This document shows, piece by piece, positions 9,312 to 18,496 of a stretch of DNA of 47,910 nt. The notes beneath the pieces were generated by a model. The model made no database searches, had not been told where the DNA came from, and worked only from the letters and a program-made list of their open reading frames with translations. A program made the position numbers and the translations under genes. Numbering within the stretch: position 1 is the first letter of the stretch; every line of letters starts with the position of its first letter. The DNA comes from a bacterium (GTDB lineage: Bacteria; Bacteroidota; Ignavibacteria; UBA10030). The DNA is taken from the NCBI GenBank assembly GCA_007280275.1, contig QYQB01000043.1:1-47910 (forward strand), read 5' to 3'.

Positions 9312-10679
9312 ATGGCAGAGCGCATACTTGTTGTTGATGATGAACAGATTATTCGCGAATCGCTCGGATTTGTCCTGAAGAAGGAGGGATACCAGGTTGA
9401 GGAAGCCCCGAACGGGAAGGAAGCTCTGGCAAAACAGGAAGCCCGTCCGTTTGATGTGGTCATCTCCGATATTGAAATGCCGGAGATGCGCGGGATGGAA
9501 TTGCTCGAGCACATTACGAAGCGGACGCCGCAGACGTTCGTCATCATGATCACTGCCTTCGCATCGATCGAAACAGCGGTCGCGTCCTTGCGCAAAGGGG
9601 CGTATGATTACGTTTTAAAACCGATCGACTTTGACGACATCCTGCACCGGCTCCGGAAGCTGCTGGACCATCGTGCCTTGTCGCTCGAGAACTCTTTGCT
9701 CCGCCAGGAGATCAATAGAACGTTTGACTTCGACCAGATTATCGGTCAGAGCCAGAGCATGAAGAGTGTCTTTCAGATCATCAAGACCGTTGCAGAAAGT
9801 GACGGTACTGTCCTGATCACCGGAAAAAGCGGTACCGGAAAAGAACTGGTCGCCAGGGCTCTCCACTACAACAGCAAACGGAAGTTGAAGCGATTCGTGG
9901 CGATCAATTGCGGTGCAATCGTCGAGACCCTCTTCGAAAGCGAGCTCTTTGGACACAAAAAAGGCTCCTTCACCGGTGCGACAACGGACAAGGAAGGGCT
10001 CTTCAAAGTGGCCGATGGCGGGAGCGTCTTCCTCGATGAAGTGAGCGAGATCCCTCTGCACCTTCAGGTCAAGCTCCTTCGGGCCATCGAGCAGAAGGAA
10101 GTCATCCCGGTCGGATACACTGACCCGGTCACGATCGACGTGCGGATCATCGCCGCGACAAACAGGGATCTCCGTCTGGAGGTCGAGAACGGAAAATTCA
10201 GAGAGGATCTGTTCTATCGGCTCAATGTGGTGGAAATCGATCTCCCGTCATTGGCGGGGAGAAAGGAAGATATTCCGCTCCTGTGTCAGCATTTCCTCGA
10301 AGCCTTCAGAAAGCACATGGGTCGACCCATTCAAGGTTTTTCAAACGAAGCCATGAGCGCGATGATGCAGTACCAGTGGAAAGGCGAGGTCCGGGAGCTC
10401 GAGAACGTCATTGAGCGAGCTGTGATATTCTGTGACAAAGAGTTCATCGGACTCGAGCATTTGCCTGACTATTTCCGGCAGATGACCTCGCAGCATTCCT
10501 CGTTGCTCGCGGGCGGGCACCAGATGCTCCGGGATGCGGTCAAGGCATTCGAACGAACCTATATCGAACAGGTGCTCGCACAACACGAGCGCAACAAGGA
10601 AGCAACAGCCCAGGCACTCGGCGTTAGCCTCTCGTCGCTGTACAGGAAGATGGAAGAGCTCGAAATCCCGACGAGGTGA
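9312..10679 (+). CDS. NtrC-family sigma54-dependent response regulator (REC-AAA+-Fis HTH)
   Basis: ILVVDDE...SDIEMP; Walker A GKSGTGKE; ELFGHKKGSFTGA; FLDEV; FREDLFYRLNV; C-terminal HTH ALGVSLSSLYRKM; RBS AAGGAG before ATG 9312. Confidence 0.95.
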   Translation: MAERILVVDDEQIIRESLGFVLKKEGYQVEEAPNGKEALAKQEARPFDVVISDIEMPEMRGMELLEHITKRTPQTFVIMITAFASIETAVASLRKGAYDYVLKPIDFDDILHRLRKLLDHRALSLENSLLRQEINRTFDFDQIIGQSQSMKSVFQIIKTVAESDGTVLITGKSGTGKELVARALHYNSKRKLKRFVAINCGAIVETLFESELFGHKKGSFTGATTDKEGLFKVADGGSVFLDEVSEIPLHLQVKLLRAIEQKEVIPVGYTDPVTIDVRIIAATNRDLRLEVENGKFREDLFYRLNVVEIDLPSLAGRKEDIPLLCQHFLEAFRKHMGRPIQGFSNEAMSAMMQYQWKGEVRELENVIERAVIFCDKEFIGLEHLPDYFRQMTSQHSSLLAGGHQMLRDAVKAFERTYIEQVLAQHERNKEATAQALGVSLSSLYRKMEELEIPTR

Positions 10680-10749
10680 GGAAAATTCAGCGCGTTGAAA
10701 GGCGCCTAATAGTTGCTCTTTGGCAAGCTTTTAGGCCATTTTTCGACTC

Positions 10750-10797
10750 TTCTAATCTTTGAGAATCCCATTCCCGCCGCGTTCCCAATAGTGAGCA
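10750..10797. promoter_or_regulatory. Putative paired enhancer (UAS) sites for the sigma54 activator
   Basis: TTCTAA-TCTT-TGAGAA (10750-10765) and TTCCCA-ATAG-TGAGCA (10782-10797), 32 bp apart, 118/86 bp upstream of a sigma54 site. Confidence 0.6.
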
Positions 10798-10867
10798 AAT
10801 GTACATTCCCCTTTCAATTCTGTTGGCCATTTCTGCGAAAAACTCGCACTTCACCTTTTTTTCCGGT

Positions 10868-10883
10868 TGGCACGCTCCTTGCA
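10868..10883 (+). promoter_or_regulatory. Sigma54 (-24/-12) promoter
   Basis: TGGCAC-GCTCC-TTGCA, an exact match to TGGCAC-N5-TTGCW. Confidence 0.85.
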
Positions 10884-10954
10884 CTTTCGCAACGCAGGAT
10901 AAAGCATCATCCTAGCACCGTGGTTGTTACCCGAATAGTCAACAGGAGGACACA

Positions 10955-11215
10955 ATGGAGCGAGCTAGAATGCAATCGTCAGGATCGTCAGAAGGGCTGG
11001 TTGCGGGTAATCTGAAAGATTCCGTACGCACGTATGAACGTGCATTGATCATCGACTCGTTGCGAGTCAATGGTAATGACAAGCGCAAAGTATCCAAACT
11101 GCTTGGAATCAGTCTCTCGTCGTTGTACCGGAAGCTGCGTGAGCTTTCGATCGAAGATTTGGAAGAAGGTCACGAAGGCGAGCACGCAACTGAGTTCACT
11201 TCTGCCATGAGTTAA
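10955..11215 (+). CDS. Stand-alone Fis-type HTH protein resembling the C-terminal domain of the adjacent activator
   Basis: RBS AGGAGG; LKDSVRTYERALI...LLGISLSSLYRKLREL aligns with LRDAVKAFERTYI...ALGVSLSSLYRKMEEL of 9312-10679. Confidence 0.85.
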   Translation: MERARMQSSGSSEGLVAGNLKDSVRTYERALIIDSLRVNGNDKRKVSKLLGISLSSLYRKLRELSIEDLEEGHEGEHATEFTSAMS

Positions 11216-11300
11216 GAGTCAGCTGTTCGATTGAGTGATGCGCCGTTGTGCAAGGGGAAAGTTGCAGGCGCATCACGAGTGCAATGGAAGGAGCAGAGCT

Positions 11301-11500
11301 ATGAAACCGGGCTGGTGGGTTTGCCGGAATTCTTGCTGCGATCGCTGTAGGGGGAACCTTGTTGTATCTTCGTCATTTTCGGGGGGATGATCTGGAAGAC
11401 TTTCATTTCGTTGATGACGATAGTGCATTGAAGAACTTTTGAGCGTTCCCGCCTGAGTCGCCAGCAGATGAATTTGATGGCGTGAACTTTATTTCTGATT
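11301..11500 (+). pseudogene. Possible disrupted small single-TM protein gene
   Basis: RBS AAGGAG then ATG 11301 (MKPGWWV); removing one T at 11320-11322 joins it to AGILAAIAVGGTLLYLRHFRGDDLEDF...; in-frame TGA at 11440, then AFPPESPADEFDGVNFI. Confidence 0.4.
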
Positions 11501-11621
11501 CCCGGAATTCACCTCGCCCCAGGGAGGGGCGAGGGTTTGAAATCGAGAATCAGTTCGGGCTCCTGCAATCTTGCGCAGGAGAGGAGAACATATTCACGAA
11601 GCAGGGGAAGAACAGAAGTCT

Positions 11622-11678
11622 GCCCACAGGTGTGCCACGCATTCGCTTGAGAGCATTGCCGCCTGTGGGCTTTTTTTT
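11622..11678 (+). terminator. Rho-independent terminator
   Basis: gcccacaggtg / cgcctgtgggc stem followed by T8. Confidence 0.7.
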
Positions 11679-11821
11679 CCAGATCGCCGGAGGAGCTCTC
11701 GCTTGCGCTATCCCATGTGCACGTGCTCCGGCAATGTTTCTGACCCCGTTCGAATTGGCGATTTTCGATCCTGAATGATGGTATTCGACGAACATTAACC
11801 GGAGTCCCGAAGCGAGGATCT

Positions 11822-12271
11822 ATGGAAGCGAGCAAGAATCAACTGGCAGAGCACATGGCGGACCTTACCTACGAGCTTCTGGAGAACTGCCAGATCAAGA
11901 TCGAGCGTACGGCCCACAAACTCAATCTCACCGTAGCCGAGTTCAAGCTGCTTCGCTCGATTCAAGACGGAGAGAAATTGTCAGCTGGGAGTCTCGCAAA
12001 GCGACTCGGGCTTTCGAGCAGCCGCATCACGAGGATCATCGATGGACTCGTAAAGAAAGAAATGGTCAGGAAGGATGCGGGAGGCAACGATCGCCGCGTG
12101 GTGGATGTTCAACTGACCCCCATCGGAGTGGATACGCGAAACCAGCTCAAGGATATGTACACAAGCGTTCATCGGGATATCATCGATCTCCTGCCTTCCG
12201 ATGCCGGTGAATCAGTCTTGCTCGCCATGGAAAAACTCCGCGAGGCAACACACGAGTGGGTTAAGCAGTAA
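11822..12271 (+). CDS. MarR-family transcriptional regulator
   Basis: 149 aa; LTVAEFKLL...LAKRLGLSSSRITRIIDGLVKKEMV...DRRVVDVQLTPIG winged-helix signature. Confidence 0.92.
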   Translation: MEASKNQLAEHMADLTYELLENCQIKIERTAHKLNLTVAEFKLLRSIQDGEKLSAGSLAKRLGLSSSRITRIIDGLVKKEMVRKDAGGNDRRVVDVQLTPIGVDTRNQLKDMYTSVHRDIIDLLPSDAGESVLLAMEKLREATHEWVKQ

Positions 12272-12597
12272 GCCGCAGTAAAACCGTTACAAGCGAGAGA
12301 TTCATTTTCCATCCACTTCGATCTGCCTATCTGTCTCATCTTCCCCTTTTCCATTTTCAACAACCTCCAAATGAGTACCGACTTGATTCGAGTTGGACTT
12401 GTCCACTCTTCTTCCGACTGCATGTAATTGCTTTATATCTGACAACTTTTCAGATGTCCTTTTTCTCAATTCTTACCATCGGAATGCCAAAATGCCGTTG
12501 GAGGCAAGTGTAATAATTGAGAATGTGGATCCGCCGGACATTGTCGCAAATCTCTCCACTTTCTGCAATTCTGACATAACATTGTACAAGAAATAGT

Positions 12598-12613
12598 AGG
12601 CACACTTCTTGAA
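12598..12613 (+). promoter_or_regulatory. Possible sigma54 promoter (-12 TTGA variant) for the first T9SS cytochrome
   Basis: AGGCAC-ACTTC-TTGAA; only half-site UAS matches upstream (e.g. TGAGAA 12518-12523). Confidence 0.35.
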
Positions 12614-12736
12614 ATCATTGAACGATCATCGCAGAAGTGGTGCGTCTTTGCTGAATTATTCAGCAGGTGCACAAAAGAAATGTGCAACATGTGTCAATGT
12701 TCCTACCATCCATTTTCAAATTGAAAGGGCTCAATC

Positions 12737-14917
12737 ATGAGGCGTTTGCTTTCTGTCTGTGTTCTGCTGCTTATGGTATGCCTTGCGTTTACAGACGCAT
12801 ATTCTCAAGCAGTGGACCTGAAGGTCGTGGCGATGTCTCCCGGTCTCCGGAGCAGCGGCTATCCGAGCTTCTCGTCTCCAGCTGCAGGTACGCCCAATTA
12901 TGTCTCCACGGGACTCAGGACCGTTGGTAAAGGCATGAAGGTGTACCTGAAGGCCGATACAGTCGGCTCAGGTGCGACAAAAGTAACAACTTATGCATGG
13001 ACATTTGTGTCCAAGCCGCCAGGATCCACGGCAGCGTTCAGCGATGCAGCAAAGGATTCCGTGACATTTATCCCGGACGTTACAGGTCAGTACATCGTTC
13101 AGGTTGCTGTAAACGGCGCCGCGAAGACTCACGTTGACACAATTACGGCCAGCACCTATCGCGGTATCACCACTTTGGTGCAGTCGTGCCCCTGTCATGC
13201 CGGCTCTGCCACCTTCCTGAATTCCTACAGCAACTGGAAGACCACGAAGCACGCAACGATCTTCGCGCGTGGGATGACTGGCCAGCTTGAGAATTCAGAA
13301 GGCACCCATTACAAAGGTGTGTACACGAAAAGTTGCTTCAAATGTCACACGACCGGATGGGAATCTCTGACGAACAACGGAAACTTTGGCTACCTCGCAA
13401 ACACAGGTGCCACAGCCACACCGCCAACGTCGTTTGACTCCACGTGGTACAAAGGTCTTCCTTTGGAAGGCGGCGACTACCTGATTCCGTTCCAGGATTC
13501 CACGCTCTACAAGAAGCTTTCACCTCAAATGCTGGCGGTTGGCAGCATAGGCTGCGAAAGCTGCCACGGCCCGGCAGATGACCATGCGACGACCGCCGAC
13601 AAGAAGAAGATCAGTGTTACGGCTGATGCGGGCGTCTGCAACCAGTGCCACGAATCTCCGAAGGGGCATTCGCTTGGATATTTCTGGAGAGGCTCGACAC
13701 ACTCCACCATGAAGACCAGTGCCGCTGAAGCGAGTCGCAATTCGTGCTGGCCATGTCATAACGGAACGGCGTTCATTTCGTTCACGAATGCATGGGCAGC
13801 CGGACGAAAGACGACATCTGCTGATTCAGCGAAAGTTGATCCAACTTTTCAATCGATATCGTGCTCAGTCTGCCACGATACACATGGCAGTTCGAACGAA
13901 CACCTTCTCCGCTACACAAAGATCGATACACTTATCAACGGGTACAAAGTACCCGCGGGTGTAGGTGGATTTGGTCAAATGTGCATGAACTGTCACCGCG
14001 CGCGTAACAACTCGGTGACCCAAGTGAAGGGTCAGATGGGAAAATTCGGCGACCGGTTCTATCCGCACTATAGTCCTCAAGCTGATATGTACCTCGGAAC
14101 CAATGCTTGGGAATTTGGACTCAAGCTTGAAGGACTGAATACGCACGGCGGACTGAAGAATGGCTGCGTTACATGTCATATGTCCGAACGGATGGTTGTG
14201 CCGAACTACACGAAGGTTCAATCTGATCACGGCATGTCGATGGCGGAGAATGGCGTTGACAAAGTCGAAGGATGCGTCGAGTGTCACGGTGCTATCAAGT
14301 CGTTCAAGGACATCAAAGCGTCATTCGACTACGATGGCGATGGCCAGGTCAAAAGTGCCGTTGAGGAAGTGGCTGGACTAATGGCAAAGCTGAAGGCCAA
14401 GTTACCTGTAGATGCGACAGGTGAGCCGGTCACGATGGCGGCGGATTCGATGCTCGTTAGGAACTTCGCTACCACGAACAAGGTGAGCTACTCCACGCTG
14501 ATCGCGTCGTTGTTCAACTACAATTATGTTTCTCACGACATGAGCCTGGGTATCCACAACACGAAGTACACAGTGGCGATCCTTCGGGCCTCACTCGGAT
14601 TGGTGACCGGCGTCGAAATGGATCCATTGCCGATTCCCAAAACGTTCGAGCTGAGCCAAAACTATCCGAACCCCTTCAATCCGACGACCGAAATCCGCTT
14701 CGACATTCCGAAGTCATCGAGCGTCAAGGTGGTGGTCTATGATATCATGGGCCGGGTGGTCAGGACGCTGGTCGATCAGAAGATGGAAGCCGGTTCACAC
14801 CGGATTTCATGGAATGGTCGCGATCTGGCTGGCAACACTGTCTCCAGCGGGGTTTACTTCTATCACATCAGTGCTGACGGATTCGCAGCCACGAAGAAGA
14901 TGACCTTGATGAAGTAG
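12737..14917 (+). CDS. Secreted multiheme cytochrome c (8 CxxCH + 1 CxCH) with N-terminal Ig/PKD-like domain and T9SS type-A/FlgD-like C-terminal sorting domain
   Basis: Signal peptide AYS-Q; CPCH, CFKCH, CESCH, CNQCH, CWPCH, CSVCH, CMNCH, CVTCH, CVECH; DMSLGIHNTKY helix; tail FELSQNYPNPFNP...SGVYFY...KKMTLMK. Confidence 0.9.
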   Translation: MRRLLSVCVLLLMVCLAFTDAYSQAVDLKVVAMSPGLRSSGYPSFSSPAAGTPNYVSTGLRTVGKGMKVYLKADTVGSGATKVTTYAWTFVSKPPGSTAAFSDAAKDSVTFIPDVTGQYIVQVAVNGAAKTHVDTITASTYRGITTLVQSCPCHAGSATFLNSYSNWKTTKHATIFARGMTGQLENSEGTHYKGVYTKSCFKCHTTGWESLTNNGNFGYLANTGATATPPTSFDSTWYKGLPLEGGDYLIPFQDSTLYKKLSPQMLAVGSIGCESCHGPADDHATTADKKKISVTADAGVCNQCHESPKGHSLGYFWRGSTHSTMKTSAAEASRNSCWPCHNGTAFISFTNAWAAGRKTTSADSAKVDPTFQSISCSVCHDTHGSSNEHLLRYTKIDTLINGYKVPAGVGGFGQMCMNCHRARNNSVTQVKGQMGKFGDRFYPHYSPQADMYLGTNAWEFGLKLEGLNTHGGLKNGCVTCHMSERMVVPNYTKVQSDHGMSMAENGVDKVEGCVECHGAIKSFKDIKASFDYDGDGQVKSAVEEVAGLMAKLKAKLPVDATGEPVTMAADSMLVRNFATTNKVSYSTLIASLFNYNYVSHDMSLGIHNTKYTVAILRASLGLVTGVEMDPLPIPKTFELSQNYPNPFNPTTEIRFDIPKSSSVKVVVYDIMGRVVRTLVDQKMEAGSHRISWNGRDLAGNTVSSGVYFYHISADGFAATKKMTLMK

Positions 14918-14941
14918 CTCTGTTCCAAGCACCAGTCTTAG

Positions 14942-14978
14942 AAAAGAAGCCCTGGCAGATCTGTCAGGGCTTCTTTTT
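14942..14978. terminator. Bidirectional-type intrinsic terminator
   Basis: aaaagaagccctggcag / ctgtcagggcttctttt inverted repeat. Confidence 0.85.
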
Positions 14979-15214
14979 GTTCTTCAGATCTGCCACCTTG
15001 AACCACGATCCTTCACTGACCCGCATCCAGTCCTGTTTCCTTCGCACTTACACTGGTTTCACGAAACCGTTCTTAGACTTGTAGAAATTTGCAGCGACGC
15101 AGACATAAAGAGAATTCTTACACAATGCTACAAGGATGCGGGCCATGATGTTGTGCATCTCAACACATATGTCCCATTCCCCTTGTTTCATTGGGGAAAA
15201 GCGAACTATTCTTC

Positions 15215-15262
15215 TTGTCAGAAGTTGGAATGAATGCGAACTCAAGTTGGCAATGATAGGAA
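15215..15262. promoter_or_regulatory. Putative paired UAS sites (degenerate)
   Basis: TTGTCA-GAAG-TTGGAA (15215-15230) and TTGGCA-ATGA-TAGGAA (15247-15262), 32 bp apart, 130/98 bp upstream of a sigma54 site. Confidence 0.45.
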
Positions 15263-15274
15263 ACAACAGCCCTT

Positions 15275-15295
15275 TAATTGCTTGATGTTTGTCAA
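15275..15295. promoter_or_regulatory. Overlapping IHF-like site and FNR/Crp-like palindrome
   Basis: Minus strand CATCAA-GCAA-TTA (15275-15287) resembles WATCAA-N4-TTR; TTGAT-GTTT-GTCAA (15282-15295) resembles TTGAT-N4-ATCAA. Confidence 0.4.
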
Positions 15296-15344
15296 TTTTC
15301 GTCAATTCTGGCACTATCTGGGGGGTTCCAATTTGTAGCCTTTG

Positions 15345-15360
15345 CGGCATAGGAATTGCG
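15345..15360 (+). promoter_or_regulatory. Sigma54 promoter for T9SS cytochromes 2 and 3
   Basis: CGGCAT-AGGAA-TTGCG (GG-N10-GC). Confidence 0.6.
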
Positions 15361-15493
15361 GGTTTTCAAGTTCAACAACTTATGGAGCTTTTCACATTGA
15401 TGTCTTATTATCACGTATTCGGCCCCGCAAAACAGAGCTTATTCGGCAACCTGATTTCTCAATGACGCAGTGCACACCTTTGAGGGAGGTACC

Positions 15494-18397
15494 ATGAAGA
15501 GATTTCTACTTGGCTTTATTGTTCTGGCAGCATTGATCTGCATCCTCGCTTTGCCCGTTTTGGCACAGATCCAGACGGCAAAGATCTCCGTGGTTAGTGT
15601 CCCGGATCGTTTCAAGGCTGCAAATAAGAACCAATCAACGACCGGCCTGAAATCAGTTGGCGTTGGAAGCCGTGTTGTGCTGGCCCCCATCGTATTCTCA
15701 GGCAACGGTGGAAAGTACGCAGACACGCTTCTCACGGTCACGAGTGCGACGTGGACTCTGAAGAGCCCGTACGGCGCGACAAAGACTATCCAGGACACGG
15801 CTGCCGGTTTGAATGGCAAGATTGTCTATTTCGTCCCCGACACAGTGGGCGACTGGACCGTGACGATGACGGCAACGACTGCGAAGGGTGCTGCATCGCA
15901 AGTGACAACGACAATCGTAGCAGCCAAGTTCATCGGCGCTGGAATCACGATGCAGGCGAACCAGAACGTTCCGAATGGTTGCGCGTGCCATCTTGTGAAC
16001 ACAACCAATTTTACCGATTGGTCAAAGTCGAACCATGCGACGGCTGTGAAGCGCAAGCTCAACGACGCGGCCGGTCACTTCAGCTTCAGCTGCTTCTCCT
16101 GCCACTCCGCTGGGTATGATGGACTGACCTCCAGCGGCAACAACGGATTTGATGATGTGGCAGCGGCAGAGAAATTCACAACGGTTTCGAAAAATGCTCC
16201 TGGAGTATTTGACTCTCTGACGACCCTTTATCCGAAGTCGATGTCGTTGACCGGGATCCAGTGCGAGAATTGCCATGGTCCAGCGGGTCAGCACACTGCA
16301 GCCTTCCCAGTAGCGGGCAACAACAAGTTGGATGAGACGCTCTCATCAAACGTATGCGCCCCGTGTCACTTCTCCTCTGATCGCCATGGAATCGGATATG
16401 CATGGTCAGCTTCTGCGCACGCCATTTCGACGACAGAAGGAATCCAGACGCAATACACCGATCGTCCGATTTGCGCACGCTGCCATACCGCCCAGGGCTA
16501 CATCAATGAAGTAGTCGGTAGTAAAGCCCAGCCGGTTCCGGCTACTGGCGATCTGGTGTATGCCAATCCAATGCCCATCGGATGCTCTACCTGCCATGAT
16601 CCGCACAATGGCTCAAATGAGATGCAACTGCGTGCAAAGACGATCGGCGATGCTTGCGTCGGTTGCCACATTACGCGCATGAGTAGCCGTGGTTTGCACA
16701 CTGCACATCAAGGTTCGATGTTGATCGGAACAAACACGGCCTCATTCAGTCTGGATGTCGCGAATGCCTACCTGCTCGCTCCGTCAGGCTCGGTCCAGCA
16801 GAACAATGCCGCAGTTGGTACGTGGGGGGGATGGGAACTCCCTGGCTACACATATGAGAACTCCTCGCACAGCGATATCAAGGAGCGATGCGTCGCGTGC
16901 CATATGGCGAGTTCTCCTTCATACCTTGCTGCATCTGCATCGAACTTCACAAAAGCCGACACAATGCTGACCAAACTTGGGCGGCATACGTTCAAGGTCG
17001 CGTATGAGAATATCGTCGGCCAGGACACGACGACGATTCTGAATCCTACCGGCTGCGACGAGTGCCACGGAACGGTGTCCATCGAATTTGTCGAGTCAAC
17101 CCAGGCGAAGACCGATAAACTACTTGCAAGCCTGTATGCTGCGTTGCCAAAACGGGATACGATCATCAGTGCAATCAATCCCACCGGTACGCCGATCCTC
17201 TTCACCGACACAATCACGTGGCAAAACAATTCAAAGCTTCCTCTGACCTCGAAACGCAAGCTTTCGGTCGTTGAGCGCGCGGCTGCCTACAATCTGCAGT
17301 TCGTTCGTAACGATGGTAGCGGTGGCGTGCACAACTACAACTATTCAAAGGGCCTTCTCAACTCCTCGCTCGAGCAGGTGAAGCTCGGCGCCGGAGCGTC
17401 CTCAATCTCCTCGATCAAAGACGTGCCGGTTGATAACGGCAAGAAGGTCCAGGTTGTCTGGTCCGCCTTCCCGGCAGAGACGTATAGCTTCAACCAGGTG
17501 ATCAATTATGGAGTGTGGAGAAAAGATCCGATTCTGCCCAGCCTCAATTCGGTTAAGAAGGCCGGCAGTTTCACGGAAATGATGAGCACAACGAGCCAGG
17601 GCGGCCAGGTTGTTCTGGGCGGCAGCGTTTGGTCATACGTTGGCTCAGTCCCTGCATCTGGAATGGCACAGTATTCATTCCTGGCTTCGACACTCTTCGA
17701 TTCCACGAAAACCTCAGGTCAGCGGTGGACAGTTTTCTATGTTGCCGGCTACACCAAGGACAACCAGGTCATGTTTTCGAGCCAGCCCGACAGCGGATAC
17801 TCGGTGGACAACCTCGCTCCGGCTGTTCCATCAGGCTTGAATGCCTCGTTCTCGAAGAACACCGTTACATTGAAGTGGACGGCGAATGTTGAGAGCGACG
17901 TGTATCAGTACGCGATCTATCGTGGAACAACATCAACCTTCAACCCGGCGGGTACCACGCCTTTGGCGAAGGTTCGTACACCTCTCTATCAGGATCCGGT
18001 TTCTCAGAGCGGTGTGACGTACTACTACAAGGTCTCTGCACTCGATATCGCGGGTAACGAGAGCGGATACACCAGCGTGAGTGTGCTCACAGATGTCCAG
18101 AACGGCAGCGGTCTGCCGACGGAATTCGCGTTGAACCAGAACTTCCCGAATCCGTTCAACCCGACGACAGAAATCGCATTCTCGGTGCCGAAACAAACCC
18201 CTGTCAAGGTCGTGATCTACGGCTTGTCCGGAGAGGTTGTTGCGACAGTCGTGAATCAGACGATGTCTGCCGGCAATTACCGTGTCACGTGGAATGGCAA
18301 AACCGACGACGGTCGTGCTGTGGCAAGCGGTGTCTACTTCTACCATTTGCAGGCGGACGGATTCACTGCAACGAAGAAAATGACATTGCTGAAGTAA
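15494..18397 (+). CDS. Secreted multiheme cytochrome c (8 CxxCH + 1 CxCH) with extra beta/FN3-like domains and T9SS C-terminal sorting domain
   Basis: ATG 15494 after GGAGGT; signal peptide VLA-Q; CACH, CFSCH, CENCH, CAPCH, CARCH, CSTCH, CVGCH, CVACH, CDECH; DGSGGVHNYNY; FN3-like DNLAPAVPSGL...YYYKVSALDIAGNES; tail FALNQNFPNPFNP...KKMTLLK. Confidence 0.9.
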   Translation: MKRFLLGFIVLAALICILALPVLAQIQTAKISVVSVPDRFKAANKNQSTTGLKSVGVGSRVVLAPIVFSGNGGKYADTLLTVTSATWTLKSPYGATKTIQDTAAGLNGKIVYFVPDTVGDWTVTMTATTAKGAASQVTTTIVAAKFIGAGITMQANQNVPNGCACHLVNTTNFTDWSKSNHATAVKRKLNDAAGHFSFSCFSCHSAGYDGLTSSGNNGFDDVAAAEKFTTVSKNAPGVFDSLTTLYPKSMSLTGIQCENCHGPAGQHTAAFPVAGNNKLDETLSSNVCAPCHFSSDRHGIGYAWSASAHAISTTEGIQTQYTDRPICARCHTAQGYINEVVGSKAQPVPATGDLVYANPMPIGCSTCHDPHNGSNEMQLRAKTIGDACVGCHITRMSSRGLHTAHQGSMLIGTNTASFSLDVANAYLLAPSGSVQQNNAAVGTWGGWELPGYTYENSSHSDIKERCVACHMASSPSYLAASASNFTKADTMLTKLGRHTFKVAYENIVGQDTTTILNPTGCDECHGTVSIEFVESTQAKTDKLLASLYAALPKRDTIISAINPTGTPILFTDTITWQNNSKLPLTSKRKLSVVERAAAYNLQFVRNDGSGGVHNYNYSKGLLNSSLEQVKLGAGASSISSIKDVPVDNGKKVQVVWSAFPAETYSFNQVINYGVWRKDPILPSLNSVKKAGSFTEMMSTTSQGGQVVLGGSVWSYVGSVPASGMAQYSFLASTLFDSTKTSGQRWTVFYVAGYTKDNQVMFSSQPDSGYSVDNLAPAVPSGLNASFSKNTVTLKWTANVESDVYQYAIYRGTTSTFNPAGTTPLAKVRTPLYQDPVSQSGVTYYYKVSALDIAGNESGYTSVSVLTDVQNGSGLPTEFALNQNFPNPFNPTTEIAFSVPKQTPVKVVIYGLSGEVVATVVNQTMSAGNYRVTWNGKTDDGRAVASGVYFYHLQADGFTATKKMTLLK

Positions 18398-18407
18398 TTC
18401 GATCACG

Positions 18408-18440
18408 GATGCCCCGCCCGAACCGGGCGGGGCGTCTCTT
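18408..18440 (+). terminator. Strong GC hairpin with weak U-tract between the paralogs (attenuator or mRNA-stabilising stem)
   Basis: gatgccccgcccg-aac-cgggcggggcgtc followed by tctt. Confidence 0.55.
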
Positions 18441-18496
18441 ACTCACAAAGGAATTTTGTGTCGCACCTCAAATCGAATACCCAAGAGGGAGGTTGT

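Noticed and set aside
11440-11481. Selenocysteine readthrough of the TGA at 11440 (a weak cgcca/tggcg hairpin follows)
   Set aside because: The ORF also needs a frameshift, there is no redox-motif context, and the hairpin is not a convincing SECIS.
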